In this document: in pieces, positions 17,899 through 27,264 of the stretch
Layout of the letters: each line of letters starts with the position of its first letter
Numbering within the stretch: the first letter of the stretch is position 1
Assembly: GCA_963843705.1 (NCBI GenBank)
Contig: CAWJLQ010000009.1
Coordinates: 56,770 to 120,769, forward strand
Direction of reading: 5' to 3'
DNA from: an uncultured Actinomycetes bacterium
GTDB taxonomy: Bacteria > Actinomycetota > Thermoleophilia > Gaiellales > JAICJC01
DNA length: 64,000 bases
Notes under the pieces: generated by a model
What the model saw: the letters and a program-made list of their open reading frames with translations, nothing else
Told to the model about the DNA's origin: nothing
The model's database searches: none
Position numbers and translations under genes: made by a program

Positions 17899-19770
17899 AT
17901 GAAGAGGCAGGTGTGGGTGGTGGCGGCCGTGGCCGCCGTGGCGCTGCTTGGCGGCAGCGCGAGCAACGCGCAGGCGACCGACGGCAGCGGCAATCCCGTC
18001 GTCGCGGCGGTCGGCGACATGGCGTGCGCGCCGGCCGATTCGCACTTCAACGGCGGCGCGGGTGAGTCGTCCAACTGCGGCGAGGTGCGCACGTCGCAGC
18101 AGATGGAGACCGACTCGAGCATCGACTACCTGCTCGGCCTGGGCGATTACCAGTACGGCTGCGGGACGCCGGCGGAGTTCGCGCAGAGCTACGGCCCGTC
18201 GTGGGGGTTCTTCAACAACATCATCGATCCGTCGGCGGGGAACCACGAATACTCGACGGTGACCAACTCGGCGACGGGCACCGCGTGCCCGGACTCCAAC
18301 AACGCGGGGCAGGACTACTTCGCCTACTTCGGCGCACGTGCCCACCCGGCGACGGCCGGTGAGTACTCGTTCGACCTCGGCAAGTGGCATCTGATCTCGC
18401 TGAACGCCAACTGCTCGAAGACGAACGTGGGCGGGTGCGGGAAGACGAGCCCGCAGACGCAATGGCTCTCCGCCGACCTGGCCGCGAACGACCAGCCGTG
18501 CGTGCTGGCCTACTGGCACCAGCCGCGGTGGACGGCGACGGCGAAGAACAACTCCACCTACAACACCTGGTGGAACCTGCTCTACGCCGCCCACGTGGAC
18601 GTGGTGCTGAACGGTCACATCCACACCTATGCGCGCTTCGCGCCCCTCAACCCGAGCGGCGCCGTGGACAACGCCAACGGCATCGAGGAGGTGATCGTCG
18701 GCACCGGCGGCGAGTCGCTCCAGGCGGCGGCCAAGACGGCGAACCCCTACCCGCTGGCCAACCAGCGTGCCTTCGGCTACCTGCGGATGGTGCTCCAGCC
18801 GACCGGCTACAGCGCCACGTTCGTGAACTACAAGGGCGCCGTCAAGGACTCGTTCTCGGGGACGTGCCACGGGCAGGCCGCGCCGCCGAAGCAGCTGACG
18901 GTCAGCCAGTCCGCGTCCTCGGGCGTCCAGGCCGACTCGCCGGCGAGCTACGCGGTCACCGTGTCGAACCCGGGCAGCTCGGCGCAGACGAACGTGACGC
19001 TCACCGACACCGCGCCCGCGAACGCGCAGTCCGTCTCGGCCTCGGCGTCGCAGGGATCCTGCTCGGGTGCGGCCACGATCACGTGCAACCTGGGCACGCT
19101 CGCCGCCGGCGGCTCCGCGACGGTGACGGTGAACGCGACTCCCATCCTGCCGCCGACCGCCACGAACGCCGCCTCGGCGAGATCCGACCAGACGACGACC
19201 GCCGTCAACTCCACGAAGGTCGTGAGCGTCAGCCCGGCGCCGGGCACGAGCTACGTCGGTGTGACGAACACCGGCTTCGCGTCGCCGTCGCCGGCACTGG
19301 CGATGGGCGACACGCTGCAGTGGAGCTTCGTGGGTCCGGGCTCGCACAGCGCCACCGACAAGACGACCGGCCTGGGCCTGTGGCCCGACACGGGCCTGGT
19401 GGCGCCGGTCGCGTTCCGTACCGCGGCCTTCGCGTCGGCCGGTGACTTCACGTTCACCGACACGGCGACGGGGAACACGATCAAGCTGAACGTGCCGATG
19501 ACGGCCACGCCGTCGACCGGGTCCGCGAGCACGTCGTTCACGTTGACGTGGGCGGCGAGCGCGCCGTCGTCGGGCTACTCCGAGGACGTCCAGGTCACCT
19601 ACCCGGGCACGTCCAAGTGGGTGACGTTCATCAAGTCGAGCACGGCGACGTCGGCGACGTTCGTCCCCAACCACGGCACGGGAACGTACAAGTTCCGGGC
19701 CCGGTTCAAGAAGACGAGCGGCGGCGGCGCGTCGAAGTACACGACCAACGCGTCGATCAAGGTGAGCTGA
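17899..19770 (+). CDS. Secreted metallophosphoesterase with DUF11-like and additional C-terminal beta domains
   Basis: Signal peptide; calcineurin-like motifs VGD, LGDYQY, GNHE, YWH, NGHIH; then YAVTVSNPG..TNVTLTDT..CNLGTLAAG (DUF11-like). RBS AAGGAG. Confidence 0.88.
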   Translation: MKRQVWVVAAVAAVALLGGSASNAQATDGSGNPVVAAVGDMACAPADSHFNGGAGESSNCGEVRTSQQMETDSSIDYLLGLGDYQYGCGTPAEFAQSYGPSWGFFNNIIDPSAGNHEYSTVTNSATGTACPDSNNAGQDYFAYFGARAHPATAGEYSFDLGKWHLISLNANCSKTNVGGCGKTSPQTQWLSADLAANDQPCVLAYWHQPRWTATAKNNSTYNTWWNLLYAAHVDVVLNGHIHTYARFAPLNPSGAVDNANGIEEVIVGTGGESLQAAAKTANPYPLANQRAFGYLRMVLQPTGYSATFVNYKGAVKDSFSGTCHGQAAPPKQLTVSQSASSGVQADSPASYAVTVSNPGSSAQTNVTLTDTAPANAQSVSASASQGSCSGAATITCNLGTLAAGGSATVTVNATPILPPTATNAASARSDQTTTAVNSTKVVSVSPAPGTSYVGVTNTGFASPSPALAMGDTLQWSFVGPGSHSATDKTTGLGLWPDTGLVAPVAFRTAAFASAGDFTFTDTATGNTIKLNVPMTATPSTGSASTSFTLTWAASAPSSGYSEDVQVTYPGTSKWVTFIKSSTATSATFVPNHGTGTYKFRARFKKTSGGGASKYTTNASIKVS

Positions 19771-19775
19771 CCGAC

Positions 19776-19849
19776 AGGGGTGCCTGGCCCGGTGAATAAC
19801 CGGTGCCAGGCACCCCTACGCACGGCGGTGCATACCGGTGCCTGGCACC
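19776..19849. repeat. REP-like palindromic element (GGTGCCWGGCACC core, 3 copies) between convergent genes; probable terminator hairpin
   Basis: AGGGGTGCCTGGC (19776-19788) pairs with GCCAGGCACCCCT (19805-19817). Third copy at 19835-19849. 22 nt are identical to 56360-56381. Confidence 0.75.
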
Positions 19850-19850
19850 A

Positions 19851-22151
19851 TCATTCATGCTGGAGCCGGGCGGCGGCGACGGCCGCCTGCCCGAACGAGA
19901 TGCCGCCGTCGTTCGGCGGCAGCCGCTCCGGGGAGAGCACGCGCAGGCCGTCCCGCTCGAGCAGCGCCGACGTCGACTCGAGCAGCAGCCGGTTCTGGAA
20001 CACGCCGCCGGAGAGCACCGCGACGTCGATGCCCCGCCCGGCGGCGACGGCCGTGCACGCGGCCGCGGTCGCGCGGGCGACCGCCGCGTGGAACCCGGCG
20101 GCGACGTCCGGGACGGCGACGCCCGCGGCCAGGTCGGCGGCGATCGCGCGCACGGCGGGCCGCGGGTCGAGGTCCGGGCCGAGCTCGTACGCGCGCGCGG
20201 TCCCGCACGACGCGGCCGCCTCCAGCTCGACCGCCGCCTCGCCCTCGTAGGTCACCTCCAGGCACAGGCCGCACAGCGCCCCGACGGCGTCGAAGAGCCG
20301 GCCCATGCTGCTCGTCACGGGCGAGGTCTCGGCGCTCGCGCCGATCCGGGCCACGACGCTCCAGCGGTCGGCGTCGATGCCGTCGCCGAGCCACGCCGGA
20401 GGTGGCTGCGGCGCACCGAAGGCCTCGGCCAGCCACGCCGCCGCCATCCGCCACGGCTGCCGGATCGCGGCCGCACCGCCCGGCATCCGCACCGGGCGCA
20501 GCCACCCCGCCCGCTCGAACCCGCGCAGGTCGCCGGCGAGCAGCTCGCCGCCCCAGACCGTCCCATCGGCGCCGTAGCCGGTGCCGTCGTAGATCGCTCC
20601 CACCGCGGCGCCCTCGAGCCCGTGCTCGGCCAGGCAGGCGGCCAGATGGGCGTGGTGGTGCTGGACGGCGAGCGGCTCCGCGTCGTCGCGCTCGAGGGCG
20701 TAGGCGGTCGAGAGGTAGCCGGGGTGCAGGTCGTGCACGACCACCTGCGGCCGCACCGCGAACAGCCGCTCGAAGTGGCGCACGCCCTCGCGGTAGGCCT
20801 CCAGCGCCGCCGCGTGCTCGAGGTCGCCGATGTGGTGCCCCACCCACGCGCGCGCGCCGCGGGCGAGACAGAACGTGCTCTTCTGCTCGGCGCCGCACGC
20901 GAGCAGCGGCCGCGCCGCCGGGACGGGCAGCGCGAGGTGCGCGGGCACGAACCCGCGCGAGCGCCGCAGGACGCCGTCGCGGCCGCGGGCGCGGCGCACG
21001 ATCGAGTCGTCGGTGCGCGACTGGATCGGGCGGTCGTGGACGAGGAAGCACCCGGCGATCCCGGCCAGCCGCTCCAGGGCGTCCTCGTCGAGGTAGGCGA
21101 TCGGCTCGTCCGAGACGTTGCCGCTCGTGAGCACGATCGCGCCGGGGCCGCCCGCCGCCGCCAGGTCGTCGAGGAGCAGGTGGTGCAGCGGCGAGTAGGG
21201 GAGCATCACGCCGAGATCGGGCGCGCGCGGCGCCACGGCCGCCGCGACGGCGGCCCCGGGCAGGCGCCGGGCGAGCACGATCGGCCGCGCGGGCGACTCG
21301 AGCAGGCCCTGCTCGCCCGGATCGAGCCTGACCAGGCGCCGGGCCGCATCGACTCCCGCCACCATGACGGCGAACGGCCTTCGCTCCCGGTGCTTGCGCG
21401 CCCGCAGCGCCCGCACGGCATCCTCGTCGGCGGCGGCGCAGGCCAGGTGATAGCCGCCGATCCCCTTCACCGCCACGATCCCGCCGCCGGCGATCGCGGC
21501 GGCGGCCGCCGCGACGGCGTCGGGGGCTCCCGCGAGCCGCACGTCGACCCCGTCGGCGTCCACCAGTCGCGCGCGCGGGCCGCACGCGGGGCAGGCGTTC
21601 GGCTGCGCGTGGAAGCGGCGGTCGCCCGGATCGTCGTACTCGCGCCGGCAGGCCGGGCACATCGTGAACCCGGCCATCGTCGTCAGGGCGCGGTCGTAGG
21701 GGACGCCGCGCACGATCGTGAAGCGCGGGCCGCAGTTGGTGCAGTTCGTGAACGGGTAGCGGTGGCGGCGGTCGCCCGGATCGCGGACCTCGGCCAGGCA
21801 CTCCGCGCACGTCGCGCTGTCGGCCGTCACGAGCGCGGCCGGCGCCCCCGCCCGCGCGCTCTCGAGGATGCGGAACCCGCGTCCACCCTCGACGGCGACA
21901 TGCTCGCGCACGACCCGCTCGATCGCGGCGAGCGGCGGTGCGTCCGCAGCCAGCCGGGCGGCGAACCGTTCGAGCGCGCCGGCCGTGCCCTCGGCCTCGA
22001 TCAGGACGCCGCGCTCGTCGTTTCGGACGTGGCCGCTCAGGCCCTCCTCGTGGGCGATGCGGTAGACGAACGGGCGGAACCCGACTCCCTGCACGGTGCC
22101 CTCGACGCGCAGCCGCTCCCTGACAGCGGTCGTCTGCGGGGCCGGCTTCAC
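19851..22151 (-). CDS. hypF: Hydrogenase maturation carbamoyltransferase
   Basis: GTVQGVGFRPF acylphosphatase domain, two CxxC-x18-CxxC zinc fingers, KGIGGYHL, QHHHAH, PPNDGGISFGQ. GTG at 22151. Confidence 0.97.
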   Translation of the reverse strand: MKPAPQTTAVRERLRVEGTVQGVGFRPFVYRIAHEEGLSGHVRNDERGVLIEAEGTAGALERFAARLAADAPPLAAIERVVREHVAVEGGRGFRILESARAGAPAALVTADSATCAECLAEVRDPGDRRHRYPFTNCTNCGPRFTIVRGVPYDRALTTMAGFTMCPACRREYDDPGDRRFHAQPNACPACGPRARLVDADGVDVRLAGAPDAVAAAAAAIAGGGIVAVKGIGGYHLACAAADEDAVRALRARKHRERRPFAVMVAGVDAARRLVRLDPGEQGLLESPARPIVLARRLPGAAVAAAVAPRAPDLGVMLPYSPLHHLLLDDLAAAGGPGAIVLTSGNVSDEPIAYLDEDALERLAGIAGCFLVHDRPIQSRTDDSIVRRARGRDGVLRRSRGFVPAHLALPVPAARPLLACGAEQKSTFCLARGARAWVGHHIGDLEHAAALEAYREGVRHFERLFAVRPQVVVHDLHPGYLSTAYALERDDAEPLAVQHHHAHLAACLAEHGLEGAAVGAIYDGTGYGADGTVWGGELLAGDLRGFERAGWLRPVRMPGGAAAIRQPWRMAAAWLAEAFGAPQPPPAWLGDGIDADRWSVVARIGASAETSPVTSSMGRLFDAVGALCGLCLEVTYEGEAAVELEAAASCGTARAYELGPDLDPRPAVRAIAADLAAGVAVPDVAAGFHAAVARATAAACTAVAAGRGIDVAVLSGGVFQNRLLLESTSALLERDGLRVLSPERLPPNDGGISFGQAAVAAARLQHE

Positions 22152-23365
22152 GTCTCGACCAGCTCGCGCAGGAGGTGGTACGCGCTGGCCTGGGCCTCCT
22201 GGATGCGGGGGATGTGCTGCGAGGGCGTCACGACGATGTGGTCGGCCAGCCCCTCGGCGGCGACGCGGCCGCCGTCGTAGCCGACCAGCGCGATCGTGAC
22301 GAGGCCGCGGCGGCGGGCCTCGGCGAGCGCCTCGAGCACCGAGCGCGAGTTGCCGCTGGTCGAGATCGCGAGCAGCACGTCGCCCTCCCGGCCGTGGGCG
22401 ATCACCTGGCGCGAGAACACCGCGTCGGCGCCGATGTCGTTCGCGAGCGCGGTGATGATGGCGGTGTCTGCGGTCAGGTCGAGGGCCGGCCGTGGCGGCC
22501 AGCCGCATTCGCGCGGCGGCGAGACCAGGTCGGCGACGACATCCATCGCGTCGGTGGCGGACCCGCCGTTCCCGAGCGCCAGCAGGCGCCCACCGGCCGC
22601 GAACGCCGCGGCGGCGGCATCCGCGGCGGCGGCCAGCGCCGTGCCGCTTCCGGCGAGCGTCTGCTCGCGCAGGCGGCCGACCTCGTCGGACTTCATCCGC
22701 ACCGACGCGGCCACGTCGGCGAGCACGGCGCCGAGGTCGTCCTCGCGCTCGGCCAGGAACGGGTACAGGAAGCCGGCCGCGCCGGCGTCGTGGCTGCGCC
22801 GCTCGGTCCTCCCCTCGAGCAGGCCGCGATGCTCGAAGAAGACGTGCACCAGCTCCCACACGACGTGGTAGAGCGTCTCGGCCAGCTCCTGGCGCACGAA
22901 CGGGTCGGCGCTCACGGGCACGTACTCCTCATCCGCGCCGAGCGGTGCGAACGCGATCGTGAGGCAGCCGCGGCGGCGGGCGAGGTCGACGCCGCGGGCG
23001 AGCTCGACGCCGTCGTCCGGGTCGCCGAACGCGATCACGATGTCGTCCGGCTCGGCCGCGAGGTCGAGCTCGGCGCAGACGCCGGCGGCGGCGCCGACGA
23101 TGCCGAGCGCGGGCAGCGCCCGCTTGCCCACGATCACCGGGTGCACGAACTCGACGGTCACGTGGCGGACGTCCGAACGCGCCTGCGGCGTCAGCCCGAA
23201 CGCGATCAGGCGGCCGCCGCGCGCGAACCGCTCGGCCGCGCGATGGCACAGCGCCGCGATCCGGTCGGACTCGGCCGTGAAGAAGCGCGCGCCGGCATCG
23301 AGCCGCTCGGCCAGCCCGGCGTCGAGCCGCCCGCGTGCGTCCGCGGCCGGACGCACCGGCGTCAC
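22148..23365 (-). CDS. Tandem SIS-domain GmhA-like (phosphoheptose isomerase-like) hydrogenase-associated protein
   Basis: HVTVEFVHPVIVGKRALPAL, GNGGSATDA, ISTSGNS, PRIQEAQ. Lies inside the hyp operon. Confidence 0.85.
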   Translation of the reverse strand: MTPVRPAADARGRLDAGLAERLDAGARFFTAESDRIAALCHRAAERFARGGRLIAFGLTPQARSDVRHVTVEFVHPVIVGKRALPALGIVGAAAGVCAELDLAAEPDDIVIAFGDPDDGVELARGVDLARRRGCLTIAFAPLGADEEYVPVSADPFVRQELAETLYHVVWELVHVFFEHRGLLEGRTERRSHDAGAAGFLYPFLAEREDDLGAVLADVAASVRMKSDEVGRLREQTLAGSGTALAAAADAAAAAFAAGGRLLALGNGGSATDAMDVVADLVSPPRECGWPPRPALDLTADTAIITALANDIGADAVFSRQVIAHGREGDVLLAISTSGNSRSVLEALAEARRRGLVTIALVGYDGGRVAAEGLADHIVVTPSQHIPRIQEAQASAYHLLRELVET

Positions 23366-24048
23366 GCCGGTGTCCGCACCCGCCGCCCGGCGAGCGCGCG
23401 CAGCCACCCGCGCAGCTCCTCGACGCCCTCGCCCGTGCGCGCGCTCGCGAGGATGCGCTCCGCCCCGGGGTTGACCGCGTCGATGTGGTGGAGGAGCGTG
23501 TCGAGATCGAGCTCGATGTGGGGCAGGAGGTCGAGCTTGTTCACGACGATCAGCTCGCAGCTTCGGAACATCAGCGGGTACTTGAGCGGCTTGTCCTCGC
23601 CCTCCGTCACCGAGCACACCATCGCCCGCGCGTCCTCGCCGACCCGGAACTCCGCCGGGCAGACGAGGTTGCCGACGTTCTCGATCACGAGCAGGTCGAT
23701 CTCCGCGAGCGGCAGCTCGGCGAGCGCCGAGCGGACCATGTTCGCGTCCAGGTGGCACTCGCCGCCGAAGCCCGCGCCGGTGTTCAGCTGGGTCACGGGC
23801 ACGTGCAGGCTGGCCAGCCGGTCGGCGTCGAGCGAGCCCTGCACGTCGCCCTCGAGCACGCCGACCCGGACGCCCTCGATCGGCTCGGCCAGCGCGCGCT
23901 CGAGGAGCGACGTCTTGCCCGCCCCCGGCGCGCTCATCAGGTTGAGGACGGTGACGTCGTGGCGGTCGAAGTCGGCCCGGTTGGCTGCGGCGATCGTGTT
24001 GTTGGCGTCGAGGGCGTCCTCGACGATCCTCACCCTGGTGCGATGCAT
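23362..24048 (-). CDS. hypB: Hydrogenase nickel-insertion GTPase
   Basis: SAPGAGKT, ECHLDA, ENVGNLVCPAEF, EGEDKPLKYP, NKLD. ATG at 24048. Confidence 0.97.
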   Translation of the reverse strand: MHRTRVRIVEDALDANNTIAAANRADFDRHDVTVLNLMSAPGAGKTSLLERALAEPIEGVRVGVLEGDVQGSLDADRLASLHVPVTQLNTGAGFGGECHLDANMVRSALAELPLAEIDLLVIENVGNLVCPAEFRVGEDARAMVCSVTEGEDKPLKYPLMFRSCELIVVNKLDLLPHIELDLDTLLHHIDAVNPGAERILASARTGEGVEELRGWLRALAGRRVRTPA

Positions 24049-24386
24049 GCCGCCTCCTCCACGTCGATCTCGTCCACGACCAGCTCCTCGCCGGCCTCGA
24101 TGGTAACGTCCGCCGCTCCGCACCGTGGGCAGCGGAAGGCGGGGATGTCCGGCTCCCATCCGCACGCGCAGGCGCCGCAGCGCAGGCGCACGTCGATCTC
24201 GGCGAGCTCGAGCCGGGCGCCCTCGCAGACCGTGTCGCGGGCGCAGATGTCGAACGAGAACCGCAGCGAGTCGGGCACGACCTGGCGCATCCGCCCGACC
24301 CGCACCCGCACCGCGGTCACGCGGCGGCCGTCGGCATGACGCTCCGCCGTCGCGACGACGGCGCTCGCGATCGAGAGCTCATGCAT
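24030..24386 (-). CDS. hypA: Hydrogenase nickel chaperone
   Basis: N-terminal MHELSI and CxxC...CPRCG zinc site. Confidence 0.96.
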   Translation of the reverse strand: MHELSIASAVVATAERHADGRRVTAVRVRVGRMRQVVPDSLRFSFDICARDTVCEGARLELAEIDVRLRCGACACGWEPDIPAFRCPRCGAADVTIEAGEELVVDEIDVEEAACIAPG

Positions 24387-24882
24387 GCTGCAGCTCGGCC
24401 ACCGTCTCGAGCACGACGTCGGCCGCACGGGCGATGGACGCCTGCACCGCGTCCGAGAGCCCGAAGCCGACGTCCTCGACGACCTCCGGCTCGCAGGCGA
24501 CGACGAACACGCGGCCCGGCCAGCCGCCGACGTGCTTCACGAAGCGCAGCACCGTCTGCGGATCCATGCCGTGGGGGTCGAGCACCTGGCCGTCCTCGAT
24601 CTGGCCGTCGACGTCGTCCGCCTCGGCCTCCATGACATAGAGCGTTCCCGCCTCGCCCCCCTGCCGGCTCACGTCGACGAGGATCAGCGCGTCGTAGCCG
24701 CGCATCACCTCGTACGCCAGGTCGAGCCCGCCGGTGCCGAAGTCCATCACGTGCACTCCGGGGGGAAGCGTACGGCCGGCGAGCGCCTTCGCCACCTCGC
24801 CGCCGAAGCCGTCGTCGCGCATCCATGCGTTGCCGATGCCGGCGACGAGGATCTGGGTGGTCCGCTGGGCGGTCTCGGTCAT
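24379..24882 (-). CDS. Hydrogenase maturation endopeptidase (HybD/HupD family)
   Basis: GIGNAWMRDDGFG, LILVD, PHGMDP. Confidence 0.92.
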   Translation of the reverse strand: MTETAQRTTQILVAGIGNAWMRDDGFGGEVAKALAGRTLPPGVHVMDFGTGGLDLAYEVMRGYDALILVDVSRQGGEAGTLYVMEAEADDVDGQIEDGQVLDPHGMDPQTVLRFVKHVGGWPGRVFVVACEPEVVEDVGFGLSDAVQASIARAADVVLETVAELQHA

Positions 24883-25181
24883 GGCAGCTGCACCTCGTGT
24901 GCGAAGAAGAAGAGATAGCGGCCGGTCTCGCGCATGAGCTCCTGGCCGGGATCGTCGTCCACGGTGACGGCCAGGTGGACACGGTCGTCGTAGTCGACGT
25001 AGATGCGCTCGAGCGTGGCCCGGCGGCCGTCGAGCATGCGGTCGAAGGGGTCGCGCTCGGTGCCGGGCCGCAGGACGAGGGTGGCGCCGCGCTCGAACGT
25101 GACGCCGCCGACCGTGGCCCGCTCCTCGCCGGGAACGTCGTTCGCGCCCGGGAGGGCGCCGGGGCGGGGGCCGCTAGCCAT
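24879..25181 (-). CDS. Hydrogenase-associated protein resembling the C-terminal domain of HhaC
   Basis: LRPG...LDGRRATLERI...HLAVTVDDDPG...GRYLFF resembles the HhaC C-terminus as I recall it; has its own RBS GGGAGG. Confidence 0.65.
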   Translation of the reverse strand: MASGPRPGALPGANDVPGEERATVGGVTFERGATLVLRPGTERDPFDRMLDGRRATLERIYVDYDDRVHLAVTVDDDPGQELMRETGRYLFFFAHEVQLP

Positions 25182-25968
25182 CGCCCGCCTCCCGCAGGCC
25201 GGAGTGCAGCCGCACGATCTCCTCGGGCGTCGTCCGGAGCGCGCGCTCGAGCATCTCGCGCACCGCGCCGTCCTGGGCCGCCGCCTGCTCGCGCTCGGCG
25301 TCGGTCAGCGCGTGCACGTGCAGGACGAGCGCCTCCTCGATCTCGGTGTTGTCGAAGAGGTCGCCGCCGCTGCGCGGAGAGATCCGGGGATGGTCGGGCA
25401 GGACGATCGCGGCCCCGAGCACGACGTCGTCCTCGGGCGTCGCCAGCACGGGCCAGATGTTGACGCTCTCGCACCCGGCCTCGAGCGGCGAGACGAACCG
25501 GCCGGCCGAGATCCGCACGAGCACGTGGGTGGAGACCAGCGAGCGTTCCAGCGCCGCCGCGCGGTCGAGTCCCGGCGTGGCGGAGGCGGTGTTGTGCACG
25601 CACGCCCGCACGCGGACGCGGCCGCCGTCGGCGGCGTCGCTTCGCAGCGTGAAGCGCCCGCCGGGGAACTCCGCCGTCGCCCGCCCGCCGACCGCCGCCG
25701 GGCCGAGCTCGACGCGGCGCTCGCGGGCCTCGTGCCGCGCACCCGTAGGGGCGAGGTAGCGCAGCGTGGCCGAGAGCGTCGCGCCGGGCCCAGGCTCGGC
25801 CAGGCATTCGACCCGCGCATGGTCGAAGGCGCCGGCGCACTCGGCGGCGTAGGCGGGCGGGTACACGATCCCGAACGGCGTCGGGGTCGCGTTCTTGGCG
25901 GCCCCCGGGGTGTACGGGTACAGGGCGTAGCCCTCGTAGAGCAGCGTATGCACGAGCTCATCCAGCAT
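25174..25968 (-). CDS. Hydrogenase-associated protein, HhaC N-terminal part
   Basis: LLYEGYALYPY, NIWPVL, IVLPDHPRI, DLFDNTEIEEAL motifs typical of group 1h cluster HhaC. Confidence 0.75.
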   Translation of the reverse strand: MLDELVHTLLYEGYALYPYTPGAAKNATPTPFGIVYPPAYAAECAGAFDHARVECLAEPGPGATLSATLRYLAPTGARHEARERRVELGPAAVGGRATAEFPGGRFTLRSDAADGGRVRVRACVHNTASATPGLDRAAALERSLVSTHVLVRISAGRFVSPLEAGCESVNIWPVLATPEDDVVLGAAIVLPDHPRISPRSGGDLFDNTEIEEALVLHVHALTDAEREQAAAQDGAVREMLERALRTTPEEIVRLHSGLREAGDG

Positions 25969-26635
25969 CCGGATCCTCCAGCAGCTCGGAGACGGCGGCG
26001 TCGAAGCTGTGCAGCCCGCGGCCCGAGCGGCGCGCGTTCAGCGCCGCCAGCGTCTCGGGCTGCAGCCGCACCCACCCGCCGCCGGGGTAGTGCTCGTCCA
26101 TCATCGCCCGCCACACCGAGAGCCGCATGCGGAAGCGGGCGGTGGCGCTCCACGGCACCGGCACGACCTGGAGCCGGCCCTCGCCGTCGCGGTAGAGGAT
26201 CGTGCCGTTGAAGTGGAAGCTCATCGGCACGGCGCCGTCGGCGAGCGCGTAGAAGTACTTCGCCGCCGCCACCTCGAGGTCGTAGGTGCAGGGGACGTCC
26301 AGCGAGAAGTCGCCGGCGCCCGTGAACCCGGGCACGAGCGCGACCAGCCGGGCCAGGTGCAGGCCGTGATCGGGCGGCGCCCACGACTCGGCCGGCCCGA
26401 AGAGCTCGGCCAGGCGGGCGCGCGTCTCCGGGTCGTAGCTGCGCCGGGCGGGGTCGATCATCACCTGGACGACGAGCGCCATCGACTGGATCTCGTAGCC
26501 GCTCGCGTCGGCGACCGTGCCGGCGAAGACGAGCGTGGGCGCAGCGGCGTGGGGCAGATGCGTCGCCGTCGAGACGGCGAACTCGGGGTCGGGCACCGTG
26601 GCGGGGCGCTGCTCCGACGTGGAGGGCGCGCTCAC
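25958..26635 (-). CDS. DUF6084 family protein (HhaB-like)
   Basis: PARRSY, ELFG, VPCTYDLEVAAAKYF, FHFNGTI, WRAMMDEHYP. GTG at 26635. Confidence 0.82.
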   Translation of the reverse strand: MSAPSTSEQRPATVPDPEFAVSTATHLPHAAAPTLVFAGTVADASGYEIQSMALVVQVMIDPARRSYDPETRARLAELFGPAESWAPPDHGLHLARLVALVPGFTGAGDFSLDVPCTYDLEVAAAKYFYALADGAVPMSFHFNGTILYRDGEGRLQVVPVPWSATARFRMRLSVWRAMMDEHYPGGGWVRLQPETLAALNARRSGRGLHSFDAAVSELLEDPDAG

Positions 26636-27264
26636 GCCGGCGACCCCGCCGCCCGGCGCAGGCCGGCGAAGAATTCGGGCACGGCCGTCTCGATGGCGGC
26701 GCCGCCCGAGATGCCCTCCCAGCGCGCCTTGATCATCCCCACCAGCCGGTAGCAGTCGTCCACGGGGGCGACGACGTACTCGTGGGGCGTGGCCAGGCGG
26801 TGTGCGATCAGGGCCTCGGCATCGGTCTCGAGATCGTCGAGGACCGGGTTTCGCTCGACCAGCGCCGCCCATGCGTCCAGCGCCAGCTCGGACTCGGTCG
26901 CTCCCGCCGGGCTGGGGTAGAAGGCGACCATCCCGCCGGTCACGCTGCTGCGCAGGAAGAACGCGAGTCCGATCGGGATCTGGAACCCGGCCCAGAGCTC
27001 GTCCGGGCAGTCGAAGTCGGTCAGCCAGACCGTGCGGGTGCCGGCGGGCCGGTACTCCGGATCGCCGGAGTGCAGCCCCCAGCACGCCTCGCAGGAGCAC
27101 ACGATGCGGCGCTCCTCCAGGTGCAGCAGGTGGCGGTGGTCGTCGGGGATGCGGGCGTTGCAGATCTCGCAGCGCTCGTCCGGCCGCCGGCTGGGGTCGG
27201 GCGCCGCCGCCGGGCTCGGCCGGGCCAGCGCGCGCATCGACGCGACCAGGTCGGAGCGGCTCAC
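26632..27264 (-). CDS. DUF5947 family protein (HhaA-like)
   Basis: ERCEIC...HRHL...CSCEAC, QIPIGLAFF, FYPSPAGATESEL, PVDDCYRLVG. GTG at 27264. Confidence 0.82.
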   Translation of the reverse strand: MSRSDLVASMRALARPSPAAAPDPSRRPDERCEICNARIPDDHRHLLHLEERRIVCSCEACWGLHSGDPEYRPAGTRTVWLTDFDCPDELWAGFQIPIGLAFFLRSSVTGGMVAFYPSPAGATESELALDAWAALVERNPVLDDLETDAEALIAHRLATPHEYVVAPVDDCYRLVGMIKARWEGISGGAAIETAVPEFFAGLRRAAGSPA

